Assembly (NCBI GenBank): GCA_010093995.1
Contig: ML992510.1
Coordinates: forward strand, 861,127-918,518
DNA from: Elsinoe ampelina
Lineage: Eukaryota
Length of the DNA stretch: 57,392 nt
Direction of reading: 5' to 3'
Shown here: in pieces, positions 1 through 13,127 of the stretch
Numbering within the stretch: position 1 is the stretch's first letter
Layout: every line of letters begins with the position of its first letter
Translations under genes and position numbers: made by a program
Notes under the pieces: model-generated
The model's input: only the letters and a program-made list of their open reading frames with translations
Told to the model about the DNA's origin: nothing
Database searches by the model: none

Positions 1-1456
1 GGAGGGTGCCTGAATCGTGTGCGGTGTGTGGTGGGGTCGTGATCGTCAAAGATTGCGCGGATTAGAGCGAAAGATCGGTTCGTGCGAAGCTGGCAGTGGG
101 AGAGGAAAGATGGTAGATCTAAAGATGGGACAAGATTCATCAAAAGGGTAGCCCGGAAGTGGTTTATGACGGGCCGCAGAGTGATCGAGAGACGAGACGG
201 AGGGACAGCAACGGTGTACCGCCTTCTTAGGTAGTCTGTACCATCGTCCTTCAACAGCTGCCCGTGTCGCGGACCCAGACCAGCGGTAGCCCTGAAATGC
301 CACTTTGTGTCTGTTGGGATGCTTTTGGAACGTCTGATTGGCCCCCGGGATTGAGACGGCGTTGATGCGTTACCAAACTCCTGGCAAAGACTCGGGCAAC
401 TCCATCATCTGTCTCACTTTCGAATGCTGGTCTTGTATTGCCAGACCACCCTGCAACAAGCATCTTATCTCGGTGAGCAGAGACATGAAATCGGAAAGCT
501 AGTCTAAAGATGCCCGACCTGCGACTCCGTGTCGTCCGACTCGGGGTGCAGCCACGCCATCGTGGGTTCAGGCAATGGATCGACATTCCGAGATTTGGCT
601 CTCGACCTGGGCCCCAACTTCACTGTTTGAGGGGATATTTTGGGCAGCAATTGATCCGCGGAGGCTTGTTCTTTTTTCTTGACCACGGATATATTACTAC
701 AATAATAGATTTGATCTCTGGAAGAACGCAGGTTTCTCTTCAGCGCGTACAGCCGTGACAAGTCGGTGTGTTCTCAACAATCCTTTGCGACCCTCTATCC
801 TGGGCTGACTGCATGCGTGACTTCTTGTTCTGGAATCATTCTTCTGTCATCATTGGCTACGGCAGTGGTCCGGCGCACGCCGAGTCTATGTTGCGTGCAT
901 TAGCGCGGATGGATCGAAGAAGACCTCACGGGCCTGTCGACGCCATTTTCATTTCGCAGCCGAACATGCATGGATCCAGCTTGGACGAGAAACGCCATTC
1001 TTTCGGACACGACCGTCAGAAAATCATAGATTAAGTCCCACGAATCGTATGGTCACATCCCTCCGTGCTGAAAAAGGCTACAGTCCTGGATTGTACGAAG
1101 GGAAATTAGGTGTGTCTCCTGATCACGACCGTGTGAAATCTACAGGCCCATGTGGAGATTGACAAGGATCCCTGGTAGTCAGGGCCTCAAGACATGAGAC
1201 AACCATGGTCAGATCTCCTCGCTGAATCTTATCAACAAGCCTCTATGCGATCTCTGCCGTTAAACGACACGGTGACAAGAGTCAGTGGCCCTGTACAAAC
1301 CCTTGCCCATGATATCGACGGTCGATTCGTCCTCGGCCCAAGTTGCCTGAAGTGGTAGGTGTCCCTCTGACGTCACAGGTAACCTGTTCACTTTGAGCTT
1401 CACAAAGCGACGAGTGTGACAGACAATTTACCGTAGCACCCCAGGCTAAACTCATC

Positions 1457-2256
1457 ATGTCTGGTAAGATGAACACGTGTGTGTGCAGCGATAGGAACTG
1501 ACTCGATTCACAGCTCCACCTGTTGACTACTATGCCGCGCTGAACATCGACTCGAAAGCAACCCAACAGCAGATCAGAGATGCCTACAAGAAAGCAGCCC
1601 TAAAGCATCACCCAGACCGTGTACCTGCCGACAGTCCCGAGCGAGCAGCAAAGACGCGCAAGTTCCAGCAGATCAACGACGCGTACTATACTCTATCAGA
1701 CCCGACCAGGAGACGAGACTATGACAGCACACGATCAAATTTTGGTTTCGGAGGGTTTGGTGGTTTCGGTGGTGGACGAGCACCATCTGAAGAACCTGCA
1801 GATGAAGAGATACCAAGACCACATGCTAGCGAAGGCTTCCCCTGGTCAGCTTTTGGTTTCGGTGGACAAGCCAAGACCGAAGGAGATGCCCAACAGTTTA
1901 GCAACCAACAATTTGGCAGCGTATTTGAAGAGATGCTGAGGTAGGACAATCAACTAGGTATCTTGATGAGCGGCTAACAACTCTTCAGGGACGAAGGACT
2001 GGCTGAAGGAGAGAACAACACTCCTACCGGAAGATTCTGGTCTCTGGTTGGTACTGTCAGCGGAGGAGCCATCGGATTCATCGTTGCGAATGCTCCAGGC
2101 GCTATCGCTGGTGCAGTGGCTGGTAATCGTCTGGGTGCAGTTCGAGATAGTAAGGGGAAGAGTGTCTACTCCGTCTTCCAGGAGCTTGATCAGCCAGCCA
2201 AGATGCGCATACTCAGTGAGCTGGCTCAGAAGGTCTTTGCGCACGCCATCAGCTAG
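1457..2256 (+). CDS. DnaJ/Hsp40 J-domain protein (3 exons; introns 1464-1513, 1941-1988); missed by the ORF track
   Basis: Splicing gives MSAPPVDYYAALNIDSKATQQQIRDAYKKAALKHHPDRVP...KFQQINDAYYTLSDPTRRRDYD (J domain with HPD), then a G/F-rich stretch and a C-terminal glycine-zipper-like segment; GT-AG introns; TAG at 2254-2256. Confidence 0.9.
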
Positions 2257-2345
2257 GCTGCAACCCTCATGATTCACAATTCCTCTGGACGACAAAGTTT
2301 TGGTAGTCTTTCCTATTATACAGCCATCTATTCGGCGGACCTGAT

Positions 2346-3380
2346 CTACCGCTGCACTTTCTGGGTATCACGATCTAAAAGCGCCCTCGCAGCAATCAAT
2401 TCCGCCTCATCATATCCATCCCAACCAGACTCTCTCGCAGCTCCACGGCGCACCATCTCGCCAAGTTTCGATGTCGCCAGCTCATTCAACGACTCCACTG
2501 CCGGAACAGGAGGTGGTGCAAGATCTCCCGGCACGTCGAAACCGCCTGACGACTTCTGAGTCTTGGGTAACAACTCGAGCAATTTGCCGGATGTCTTTCC
2601 AAAATTAGCTTGAAGTAAAAAAAAACAGTAGATAGCACTCACCAGCTTCAATCCATAATACCCCCTTAGGTAGTCATCACAAAGCTCAATTGCCCTGCAA
2701 TACCTCCTCAAGCTCTGGCTGACCAACCTCGTCTTCTCCCCATTCGCCTCCACACTCTGTGCCCACATCCACTCAATCTCCCCCAGTCTAGCATGCACAT
2801 TCCACGCATTCGCCATCACCAGCAACACCTCCTCCCAAGCATACACCGCCTTCGCCCACTCCCCAATCTCCGCATACGTATCCCCCAATTCCGCCCACGC
2901 CTCCGCATCGACCGGACTCACATCCAGAATCTTCACCAACGCCTTGACCGCCTCCGTTTGCCTCCCCATACTCCTCAACAACGCCACCCTCCTCTTCCGC
3001 ACGTGCATATTCCCCGGGACCTCCGCGAGAATCTCCTCATACTGCTCCAACACCTCCTGCAACTGCTTGTCGTCCTTGGCCATGGCTTCCTGGTACAAGC
3101 CGCGGAGAGCCTGCACGCGCTCGTTGGTGGGGCCGAAGCGGGAGATGAGTTCTTCGAGGCAGAGGAAGGCGGATTCGTCGTCGCCTGTTTTGAGGCACGC
3201 GATGAGGAGGTTTTCGTAGGTTTGCCATTTTTCAGGGGTGTCGGAGGTGGTCAGGAGGGTGAGGGGCCAGGGCAGGCGGGAGGGCGTGAGGGAGGAGAGG
3301 AGTTTGGGTGCTTGTGAGGAGATGGAGAGGGTTTGGCGTGGGGAGAGGTGGGAGGGGGGTGTGAGGGTCGTGACGGACAT
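2346..3380 (-). CDS. EMC2: TPR protein, ER membrane complex subunit 2 (probable in-frame 48-nt intron 2595-2642)
   Basis: WQTYENLLIACL...RFGPTNERVQALRGLYQEA, DAEAWAELG, RYCRAIELCDDYLRGYYGLKL match EMC2/TTC35; GTGAGT...GCTAAT...AAG intron. Confidence 0.85.
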   Translation of the reverse strand: MSVTTLTPPSHLSPRQTLSISSQAPKLLSSLTPSRLPWPLTLLTTSDTPEKWQTYENLLIACLKTGDDESAFLCLEELISRFGPTNERVQALRGLYQEAMAKDDKQLQEVLEQYEEILAEVPGNMHVRKRRVALLRSMGRQTEAVKALVKILDVSPVDAEAWAELGDTYAEIGEWAKAVYAWEEVLLVMANAWNVHARLGEIEWMWAQSVEANGEKTRLVSQSLRRYCRAIELCDDYLRGYYGLKLVSAIYCFFLLQANFGKTSGKLLELLPKTQKSSGGFDVPGDLAPPPVPAVESLNELATSKLGEMVRRGAARESGWDGYDEAELIAARALLDRDTQKVQR

Positions 3381-3810
3381 GATGGTCGGTGGTGTGGTAA
3401 TTTATTGGAGTGATTATCGCATTGTGAGGTTGGAAAGGTCGATGGTTCAAGGTTGAGATTGATGTCGAGGTCGCGAAGTTGACAGCTGAGGTTGAAGTGA
3501 AGCTGTGGAGATCATCGTGGATCTTCCCGCACCGCCGCCGACGTGGGGTCGTTCAATAACGACATCTTCCTTTCGCGCTCCAATTGCTTGACAGCAGAAT
3601 TTAGACGACTGCTCGGACGACATTGAGTGTGCTTTTTCTTGATCACGGCCGGATGGACTGAGCAACCTCATGAAGCGCGATCGCATATCCATGATTCCAT
3701 GATGCATCACGACTATTTACACTGGACGACCGAGAAACCCTCCCCGCGTTGATACCGGGCACTAGTAAGAGTTACAGTATTCCAAGGGGGACACCTAAGG
3801 CGCCTATACC

Positions 3811-6800
3811 ATGTTCGAGAAGGATCTCTACGCCCTCATCCGGGGCCTACGCAATCACAAAGGCGCCGAAGCGGCTTATATCCAGTCCTCCCTCCAGGAA
3901 TGCCGCAAAGAAATCCGAGGGTCCGATATGGATCAAAAGGCCACCGCGCTTCTCAAGCTCATATACCTGGAGATGTTCGGTCACGACATGTCATGGGCGT
4001 CTTTCAATGTGCTGGAAGTCATGTCTTCGGCAAAGTACATTCAAAAGAGGGTGGGATATCTCGGAGCGGTACAGAGCTTCAGACCGGATACAGAAGTGCT
4101 GATGCTTGGGGAGAACTTGCTGAAGAAGGATCTTACAAGTCCACATCCTACAACGATTAGTCTGGCACTGGCGACGATACCGCACGTGGTCAACCCGAGC
4201 ATGGCGAACAGCTTATTACCTGATTTGCTACCACGATTGAGTCACTCGAGCCCGAATATCAGGAAGAAGACGATTGTGACACTGTACCGGCTGGCCTTAG
4301 TGTTTCCAGAGACTCTACGCTATGCTTGGCCGAAGATCAAGGAACGGTTAGCGGACGAAAATGAAGACCCGAGTGTCACAGCTGCGATCGTGAATGTGGT
4401 ATGCGAACTAGGATGGAGAAGACCGAGCGACTTTCTTCCGCTAGCACCGAGATTGTTCGAGCTACTTGTGCATGGTGGCAATAACTGGATGGCGATCAAG
4501 ATCATCAAGCTATTTGCAGTTTTGACGCCACTTGAGCCTAGATTGGTGAAGAAGCTCTTACCGCCCTTGACAAGCTTGATCAAGACAACACCGGCCATGA
4601 GTCTCCTCTACGAGTGCATCAATGGCATAATACAAGGCGGTATTCTGGATGGGTCTGAAGGCACAGTCGAAGGCGATGAGGTTGCCCGGTTATGCGTCAG
4701 CAAGTTGAGAGGCATGTTGGTCATTGAGGGAGATCCTAATCGTTAGTTGTTTGTCACAGCCGGGCGAAAATTGGTACTAACAAGAACAGTAAAATATGTG
4801 GCGCTGCTAGCGATGACACGCATCGTCAATTCGCATCCAGCACTTGTGTCTCAACACGCAGACGTCATACTCGAGTGTGTAGATGATCCAGACATCTCGA
4901 TACGCACTCGGGCACTGGAGCTCGTGGTCGGCATGGTTGATCCAACAAATCTGGTACCTACAGTTGAGCGACTATTGCGACAGCTGCGAGAATCTCAGCC
5001 GTCATCTGCGGCGAATGACTTGCAGAATGAAGGTCCACATCTGGAAGGCATCCAACCATCAGGAGAGATGGACGACGAAGAAGCTGCAGAATCACTACGA
5101 AGGCATGAGATTCGTACGAATCAGCTTCCGCCACTACCGGATGACTATCGAATCGCAGTGATCAACAAGATCCTCACGTTATGCTCACGTGATACATATG
5201 CCAATGTTAATGACTTTGACTGGTACATTGGCGTACTAGTCGAGCTTGTCAAGCATTGTCCAGTCTCGGATTCCTCCCCAGCCTCTTCCATTGGCACGGA
5301 GCTGTTGAATGTAGCTGTCCGTGTAAGGTCCATACGACCAGAAGCTGTGGCAGTAGCACAATCGCTACTACTCATCGAGCGGCGAGCAGACCTGTTCCCG
5401 TCATCCAGTACCTCGACTCTCTCCGTCTTGGGTCCATGTGCGTTCATAGCAGGCGAATATGCTACGCTTCTACCAGATCCGGATGGAGCTCTAACGTCCC
5501 TCACACATCCGACATCCTCCTCACTTCCAGCGGAAGTCCTCGCTCTCTTCCTTCAAGCTATCCCGAAGATCTTCGTCCGCCTCACATCGGCTCGCGAGCT
5601 CTGGACGACGCAAAAGAAGGCTCACACATCTCTCCTGTCCGCACGAATCGTTCATTTCCTCGAACCTCTGATCCTGCATCCAGATCTAGAAGTCCAGGAA
5701 CGTGCAGTCGAATATCTGGAATTGGTCCGACTTGCATCCGAGGCTGTGTCTACGTTCGAAGTCGACCCGAACGAAGAGTCTTACGAAGGTCCCCTCTTCC
5801 TCACTCAGGCACTCCCTGCTTTATTCTCTGGTCAAGAGCTCAATCCTGTGGCACCGGCGGCGATCCATAAAGTTCCCATCGACGACGCTCTCGACCTCGA
5901 TCAACCCATCAATGACAGTCTCCAGCTCCTTCTCTCCCAAGCCGACTTTGATGACTCTGACGCCACCGATGCAGAAGACGATACCTACCGCCTTTACCAC
6001 CAACGCCCTGTCAAATCCGCTGCTACAACAACCTCAGCCAGCACCACACTCGACATTCCCGACTCCATTTCAGCCCAACAATCCTACCAATCCCGCCCCC
6101 TCGACCCTACAGAAATGGCCCGCCTCAAAGCCGAACGCAAAGAACGCTACGCCAACGACCCCTTCTACATCGACCCGGACCGCGCCCGCTCCCGCGACCG
6201 CAGCTCCGGTCCCAGCGGCGCAAACACCGGCACCGTGACGCCCATCGGCGACATGGTGCGCCACCAAAACGGCGACGAGCTCGACCTCGAAAGCATCCCC
6301 GTCATGGAACTCAAGATCGACTCTTCCGACCAAGTCCGCCGGAGTTCAAAGCAGGACATGGCCCCGCGCAAACGCGTGGAGATCACAGGCGACGAAACCC
6401 TCGACGACCCTTCCCCTAGACCGGGAAGCAGTCCCCGCCGTCCCGCGCCCGGCTCTGCCCTCGCGCCACCAGAGCGGAAAGCAAGACGCGGCATGCTGGA
6501 GGTGGACAGCAGCGGCTTGTCTGCGCTGAGACTGGATGATGGACCGGGTGAGGGCGCGTTGGATTTCGAGCGTCGCCAGCGGGAGGAGGAGGAGATGGCT
6601 AGGGCGATGAAGGAGGTGGAGAGGTTGAGGTTGGAGATGCAGAGGCAGGCGGAGAGGGTGCATGGGGAGGAGACGGTGGTGAAGAGGAGGAGGAAGGGGA
6701 GGAGGGTGGAGGTTGGGGGTGGACCTGAGGCAGAGGGCGAGGGCCAGGGGCAGGGGCAAGGGCAAGGGGCGGGGGAGGGGAAGAAGGTTAGGAGGAAGAA

Positions 6801-6942
6801 GAAGAAGTCTGCGCCAGAGCAAGGGGAGAGGTCAGGGGAGGGCCTGGCAGGGGGAGACGTGGAAGTGCAAGGGGAGGTCAAGAAGGTGCGGAAGAAGAAA
6901 AAGCGACAGGTCAATCTGGATGATGAAGCGGGACCGGCGTGA
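3811..6942 (+). CDS. APL5: AP-3 adaptor complex delta subunit (intron 4742-4789)
   Basis: MFEKDLYALIRGLR, YLEMFGHDMSWASFNVLEVMSS, spliced GDPNLKYVALLA, DLEVQERA, ELNPVAP are AP-3 delta motifs; the intron joins ORFs 3811-4746 and 4747-6942. Confidence 0.93.
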
Positions 6943-7081
6943 AGGGTGAAATGAAGATTGCATAGCGGCATGGCGCACCTTTCCCAGTCCTCCTGCCCCT
7001 TGCTAAAACAGGCCATTGGCATCTCAAATCATGATGGTATAAGGTATATCCGACGCCCCCTTCCCTATCGCCTCTCCCGCA

Positions 7082-9543
7082 TCATTCCCCCGTGATCTCC
7101 GCCGTATGATCCCGTCTGATGCTCAACTCCTGGAACCCTTCTCCGTTCTCTATCACCAGCCCCCTTTCGTTGGCGAGATGCAGCAGCGCAATGAAGCAGT
7201 AACTCGTGCTGATGTCCTGCATTTGCTGCTTGGGGTAGACGTGTTGCAAATTGTTCATTACGTCGGTGAATTTCAATGTGCCGTCTTCACTCGTCGGAGC
7301 AGTGGGCGGTGGCGGTCGGTCGGGGTTGTCGGTGGCGGAGGGTTTCTTGATGTCGTCAGTAAGAATCTTTGCACATTGGTGGATGATGAGGAAAGACTTA
7401 CCTCCATCCCTAAGCCCCGCCACATCTCCTCTTTCAGCCGCCGTACGTCTACTTTCGTAGCTACACGGGCGTATTGCACGTACTCCGGTCTTGACCGCCG
7501 GCTTTGCATGATGAGTTGCGCGCCGAATGCCCCTTCTTGACTCCCTTGCTCTTCCATTGGTGGGACGAGCTCTTCTACTGCGTCAGCGAAAGTGTCTCCG
7601 TCATCTCCGCCTGCGCCACCGGGCATGGGCAGGCCGTCGTCTTGGAAGAAGTCGGCGCCGTAGTCCCCTGGGAGAACGTCTTCGGGGAGTGGTTCGGGAG
7701 CGTTGAGATCGTTGTTGGCCCAGTATTGCTCGTCCACGTCTGTGGATGTGGAGGGTTGTGTAGCTGATGAACGAGCGCGACGTGCACCGAGACGTGCTTT
7801 AGGCTTGAGGAACAGGGTGAGGAGAGAGCGCGAGTTGAAGTGCTTGTCGTCGGGTAGGAGATTGCGAGTTTTGCTACGCCATTGGGTTTTGGGTAAAGAG
7901 ATTGTGCTGTTGGATGTGGCTGGAGTGTAGAGGACGTCGGCGAGAGATTGTGTCATGGGCGAAAGAAAGTCGATCTCGAATGGCTCTTTCTCTTTCCGCT
8001 TGGCTGGGGCAGGGGATGGTTTGCTAAGGTCTTTGACCCGCCGGATCTTCCAGTGCTCAGGGCCAGCCCAGTTCTTTGCGAGTGCCGAATCAAAGTAGGA
8101 GAGTATGTTCGCCTGTTCATCTTGCGGACGGTGAACCAATGTGACACCATAAGAGGACTTGTTGTCAAAACCACCAACCGGACCGTCTTCTGATGAACCT
8201 TCGCCATCTTCTTGGATGGCTTCTGGTCGAGATTGTACGGCAATGTTGGCTTCCCGAGCCCAGACTTCGCCACCTTCGCCAAAGCCTGTGTCGGGTGGAA
8301 GATCGAAACCGCCTAGATCATCATCGAATTCAAGTGCATTGTCGTCGTCCAGAACGATACCTGATCGAGCGTCGTCATTGATATCGTTTGCCGCTGATTC
8401 CTGCTCCTTCTTCCAGTCTTCCGCAGCTTTGAGAAAAGGCAGATCAAGCCCACCAGCGCTGTTGCCGAGCTCAAACGTCTTCATGGATGGGCAGATGTCT
8501 TGACTATCAAGCGCTGCCAGATTCGGGAAGAACCGTGCACCCAGTGATGCTATATCCACAGGGGTATTATCGATCTGCGTGTCCGATCGTTCTCGCGTCG
8601 AAGGCTCTTTATCCTTTGCGTTCTGACCTTCTGAGAGCATGCTGTCTCGCCGGCTGTCCTCAAGCAGTTCTTCTTGCGCGTCATCGCTGCTGTCAAATAC
8701 GATGCGTCCAGTATTGTCGATGCAAAGATGATTGAGAAGTAGACCTTTTGCGCCACCTTCATCAAAATCTGCGGATGCTTTCTTGAATAAAGGATCCACC
8801 GAGAATTCCAGCTCCATCTTCTTCAATTGTAATTGCGCAAAGGACGAGGCAAGTGTGGCTTCAGCGGTCTTGCTAGTCTTCTTCTTTGTCCGCTTCTTGA
8901 CTCCATCTTCACCTTCCTCTTCCTCCTCGTCGCCTTCCTCGCCTTCGCCATCTCCCTTTGATTTCTTGTTGCCGCTATCTGCCAGACCACTGAGTAATTT
9001 CCCAGTCTCTGTCGCAACGCTGTCGACTCGGCTTGTATAGATCTTCACACACCCATCAAGTGTACAACTCGCTTTTTGAAAGTTCACACCATCTCCTTCC
9101 TTCAACAATGACATGTCGTGAAAATAATCAATCAGCGCAAAGTTCCAGGAATTTGTCGCGTTGATCTTGTTGTCCGTAGCCATCTTCATCCACTCCTCAA
9201 AGTTGGCCAGGATCGGTACTCTTTTCATAGGCGTGACTGCATTCCCACCCACAAAGACTTGGTCGCCATCTTGCGGCGTGTTAGGTCCTTCGCCTCCAAG
9301 TGATTTGCGTTTCCTCGTGGGTGTCGCTGCTGCTTTGATCGAATTCATTTGCGCTTCGTGAAATGCTTGTCGCGATTGTAATCGTTTCGCCTTTTCTTGC
9401 TTGTCATCATTAAGTGGTATCCTTGAAAATTCCGTCAGCTTCTCGCGCTCGACATGTGATGGCGCATGTTGTCCTTACTTAACCGGCGATTTGAATGGGC
9501 TAGGTTGAGCAGCAGATGCGGCGGGTGCTCGTACTCGAGGCAT
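7082..9543 (-). CDS. BRN1: Condensin kleisin subunit (barren/Cnd2/CAP-H); introns 9422-9478 and 7346-7401
   Basis: NFEEWMKMATDNKINATNSWNFALIDYF, NFQKASCTLDGCVKIYTSRVDSV, DPLFKKASADFDEGGAKGLLLN, WAGPEHWK, and C-terminal ISTSYCFIALLHLANERGL; spliced N-terminus MPRVRAP...SPVKIPLNDD. Confidence 0.93.
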
Positions 9544-10028
9544 AGTGCCTGCTGGAATGGCGAGATGACTACAGATGAAGTTTTACTGTCTGTATCCTCT
9601 CCAAAGTGGTTGTCGTCGTCGTCGCATGGACCAGAATGATCAGATTGTCCCGCCGCGATTCGAATTGTTTACTTTCGTACACATCACGGGACGGCCCGAG
9701 AAGCTTCGAATTAGGTTTGGGACACGGAGTGGAGTGCCACGCTAGCACGCGTACGGCAAGTTGCCTTACCTGATCTGCGCTAAGCTCATCGTCATTGCTT
9801 GGCTCGCTCGCATTTCAAGTTCCTGTCGTCTTGCTGCTCCACACTTTGTCACGTCTCAGCCACACTTCGCTTCACCTTCATTCGCATTCACGACATTCAC
9901 CGTAACCTATTTCGCTTTGCCTCCCGATCCTCGATCTTTGGAGTGGCCACGCGGGTGCCTAAACATGCACCTTGTCAATCCCATGTGCCATCTTTACGTT
10001 GCGACAACCATATCGATACCTACCACAC

Positions 10029-13000
10029 ATGGCAGCAGACGTGCTTGATCCGATAAGACTGGGGAGACATGGCGCGAGGAGGAGGAGAGAGCAGCGGTTC
10101 TCAGTCCGCGCTTTCTACCTCACTTGCTTCCTGTTCACCATCCTCGCGCTTGTGAGCTTCTGGCCCGAGAGAAGATGGGGCACCTTGACACAACCCGGCC
10201 ATGGAAGCCTACACACTCGGGATCTGGATGTCTTGACCAAGAGCGACGAGGAGTGCCGTCTTGTGCACAAGAAGGAGGTTACCGATAAGTGCGCATTCAT
10301 ACGAAAACATTGCCCGGATGAAGAGCCAGGGTTTCTAGCATACCTCGACCTGTACTACTGCAAATTGGCTGCAGTCAAGCCGATCGCGTTCATCATCATG
10401 ATGCTTTGGATGGGCATGCTGTTCAGCACTATTGGTATTGCGGCAAGCGACTTCTTTTGCATAAACCTCAGTACGATCGCGACACTTCTTGGTATGAGCG
10501 AGAGTCTAGCTGGTGTCACGTTTCTGGCCTTTGGAAACGGTAGTCCGGACGTCTTTTCGACCTTTGCAGCAATGAGCACAAACAGCAGCAGTCTGGCCAT
10601 TGGAGAATTGTTTGGTGCAGCTGGCTTCATTACGGCAGTAGTTGCAGGATCAATGGCTTTGGTCAGACCTTTCAAGGTCGCACGGAAAAGCTTCATTCGA
10701 GATGTGGGCTTCTTTGCTGTGGCTGCAGCATTCAGCATGGGATTCTTGTCAGATGGTAACCTTCACCTCTGGGAGTGCGCCGCAATGGTCTGCTACTATG
10801 TCTTTTATGTATGCATTGTTGTTATTTGGCATTGGTACATCACCCAACGAGTGCGCCGCAGAGAACGGAATGCGGCAGCGCGTGGCCATTACGCTGCACC
10901 AGGAGAGGAGCTCGACATTCAGGAAGAGTATCGAGACGATCCGGAAGAAACCTCGAGATCCCGACCGAGCATGTCACGAGGCGTCTCAGCGGAGGACTTT
11001 CGTCTGCTCGAGGACGGTGGCATTCCCCGGATCGAAGAGCCTGACATGGACGACCACGAAGAAATGCGAGATCGTTGGCTCGGTGAGATTCAAACGAATA
11101 TGCGCTTGAGCCGACCAAGTCGCGGGAGAAGCAATACCATAACGCCGGTACGACCGAGTTTGGTTGGAGCTCTCGAATTTCAGAGCATTTTACGCTCATT
11201 GAACAAGTCGAGAAACATCCAAACGATACCCATGCACGCTCGTCGCTACTCTGATGAGCCAATCTACACCACAGCACAACAACAAGAAACAATGTCAACA
11301 ATCTCGGCACCCACCCAAGAGACTCCTAGCACCGCCTCAAACCTCATCACACCTCGGTCAGCTCGACCATTGTTGTCTGCAGGGAGTGGCAGGACTCGCG
11401 CAGTCTCCGCGAATGACGCTGCAACTCTCCAGATTGACCCAAAGTTCTTGCAACACCACGCAAGGCAACCGCCTCCACTTGTTGAGATCCGTGAGGATGA
11501 TGATGGTCGCTTAATGCCTCCATCACCGACCAGTTCAAGCGCAACCAGGACACTGTCACCTCAGGGTATGACAACACCTTCAGATCGTAGCAGATCACCA
11601 GCCACGCCTCAGACTCGACCTAGGAGGGTGACGCCAGATTTGCTTGCGCCGCCACCGGAGAATTTACCACCTCTTCGTGTACAAATCACTCCAGAGATGC
11701 CAGCTATGGATGATCCACCATCACCGCGTTCAAAACGACCTCATTTACCAAGCTTGAGGATTCCTTCTGGAACGAGATCTCCTCGCGGCTCTAATCCACC
11801 ATCACCATTCCCAGCCTACCATGACACCCTTTCCTCGCCTAGCTCACGAGCACCTAGTCTGTACCTCCCACCTGCTAGCATTTCCGTAGAGTCTCAACCA
11901 TTCATGCCGGACGATGACCAGGAAATTGAGGATACAAGACCGCCCAAGTGGTGGCCGTCATCTATCGTTCCCTCACCAGCCGTGCTTGCTTCCACGTTGA
12001 TACCCACCCTGTATCACTGGAAGGGCAAATCTTGGTTTGAGTTGATACTCGGAGCGGTCGCAGCTCCAAGTGTCTTGCTGTTGACTTTGACATTACCTGT
12101 GGTGGATTCGGAACAAGATGAAGATGAGGACAATGACCCGCCAAAGGGAGCCCACATCAGCGTTACTAATTACGACGACAACGTGCCGCCGAAGCCAGCT
12201 GTGCAGATCCAACCTCCGATTGAGGACGGTCCGTCGAGTCCGAACAACCTGGGCACAGGAGCTGCAGGAGTCGCGGCAAAGACCGAACAACATCACCACC
12301 ACAATCGACCTGCACCTACTCCTCATGCTGGATCTGCTGGCGTCGAGATTCCCACCGCGAATCCCAAGGCGTGGAATCGCTGGCTGACCATAACACAACT
12401 CTACCTTTCCCCACTGATGATTGTCCTGATCATCTACACCCAATACCTTCCCCCAGACAGACACACGACCTACCGTTCCGTCCTCCTCCGACCAATCCTC
12501 ATCGCCCTTTTGGTGTCCACCGTCCTCCTCATCCCCCTCCTCCTGACCACCACTCCCGACCACCGCCCGAAAGCCTTCCTCCCCATCCTCTCCCTGGCTG
12601 GCTTCGTCGTCTCCATCGCCTGGATCTCCACCATCGCCTCTCAAGTCGTCGCCATCCTCAAAGCCTTTGCCATCATCCTCAACATGTCCCACGCCATCTT
12701 GGGGTTGACCGTCTTCGCAGTCGGCAACAGTCTCGGCGACCTCGTGGCTGATATCACCGTCGCTCGTCTCGGGTTTCCCGTCATGGCACTGAGTGCCTGC
12801 TTCGGTGGGCCGATGCTTAATATCCTGCTCGGGATTGGATTGAGTGGTTCGTGGATTTTGTTCCGCGGGGCGCAGAAGAAACACCTCAAGCACCCTGATC
12901 GGGAATGGAAGAGTGGCACGTATGAGATTGAGGTCGGAGATACGTTGATTGTGAGTGGAGTGACGCTGTTGGTGACGTTGGTGGGGTTGTTGGTTGCTGT

Positions 13001-13127
13001 GCCGTTGAATGGGTGGGTTATGGATAGGAAGATTGCGTATGTTCTCATTGCGTTGTGGTGTACGGGGACTTTGGTCAATGTTATCATGGAGGTGGTGGGG
13101 GTGGGTGGGAAGAAGCATGGGGAGTGA
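10029..13127 (+). CDS. Cation/Ca2+ exchanger (CCX/NCLX, Ecm27/Ycx1-like Na_Ca_ex family)
   Basis: Two alpha-repeat motifs, AGVTFLAFGNGSPDVFS and LGLTVFAVGNSLGDLVAD...ACFGGPMLN, two TM clusters and a long Pro/Ser loop; likely ATG at 10029 (MAADVLDP). Confidence 0.88.
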   Translation: MAADVLDPIRLGRHGARRRREQRFSVRAFYLTCFLFTILALVSFWPERRWGTLTQPGHGSLHTRDLDVLTKSDEECRLVHKKEVTDKCAFIRKHCPDEEPGFLAYLDLYYCKLAAVKPIAFIIMMLWMGMLFSTIGIAASDFFCINLSTIATLLGMSESLAGVTFLAFGNGSPDVFSTFAAMSTNSSSLAIGELFGAAGFITAVVAGSMALVRPFKVARKSFIRDVGFFAVAAAFSMGFLSDGNLHLWECAAMVCYYVFYVCIVVIWHWYITQRVRRRERNAAARGHYAAPGEELDIQEEYRDDPEETSRSRPSMSRGVSAEDFRLLEDGGIPRIEEPDMDDHEEMRDRWLGEIQTNMRLSRPSRGRSNTITPVRPSLVGALEFQSILRSLNKSRNIQTIPMHARRYSDEPIYTTAQQQETMSTISAPTQETPSTASNLITPRSARPLLSAGSGRTRAVSANDAATLQIDPKFLQHHARQPPPLVEIREDDDGRLMPPSPTSSSATRTLSPQGMTTPSDRSRSPATPQTRPRRVTPDLLAPPPENLPPLRVQITPEMPAMDDPPSPRSKRPHLPSLRIPSGTRSPRGSNPPSPFPAYHDTLSSPSSRAPSLYLPPASISVESQPFMPDDDQEIEDTRPPKWWPSSIVPSPAVLASTLIPTLYHWKGKSWFELILGAVAAPSVLLLTLTLPVVDSEQDEDEDNDPPKGAHISVTNYDDNVPPKPAVQIQPPIEDGPSSPNNLGTGAAGVAAKTEQHHHHNRPAPTPHAGSAGVEIPTANPKAWNRWLTITQLYLSPLMIVLIIYTQYLPPDRHTTYRSVLLRPILIALLVSTVLLIPLLLTTTPDHRPKAFLPILSLAGFVVSIAWISTIASQVVAILKAFAIILNMSHAILGLTVFAVGNSLGDLVADITVARLGFPVMALSACFGGPMLNILLGIGLSGSWILFRGAQKKHLKHPDREWKSGTYEIEVGDTLIVSGVTLLVTLVGLLVAVPLNGWVMDRKIAYVLIALWCTGTLVNVIMEVVGVGGKKHGE

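Noticed and set aside
1..1450. Short ORFs at the left end and a possible CxxC-containing gene tail at 3-63
   Set aside because: No recognisable domain or consistent splice structure
6740..6770. GGGCAR hexamer repeats (also at about 28835-28870)
   Set aside because: Ordinary coding microsatellites encoding GQ repeats; not CRISPR-like or regulatory arrays
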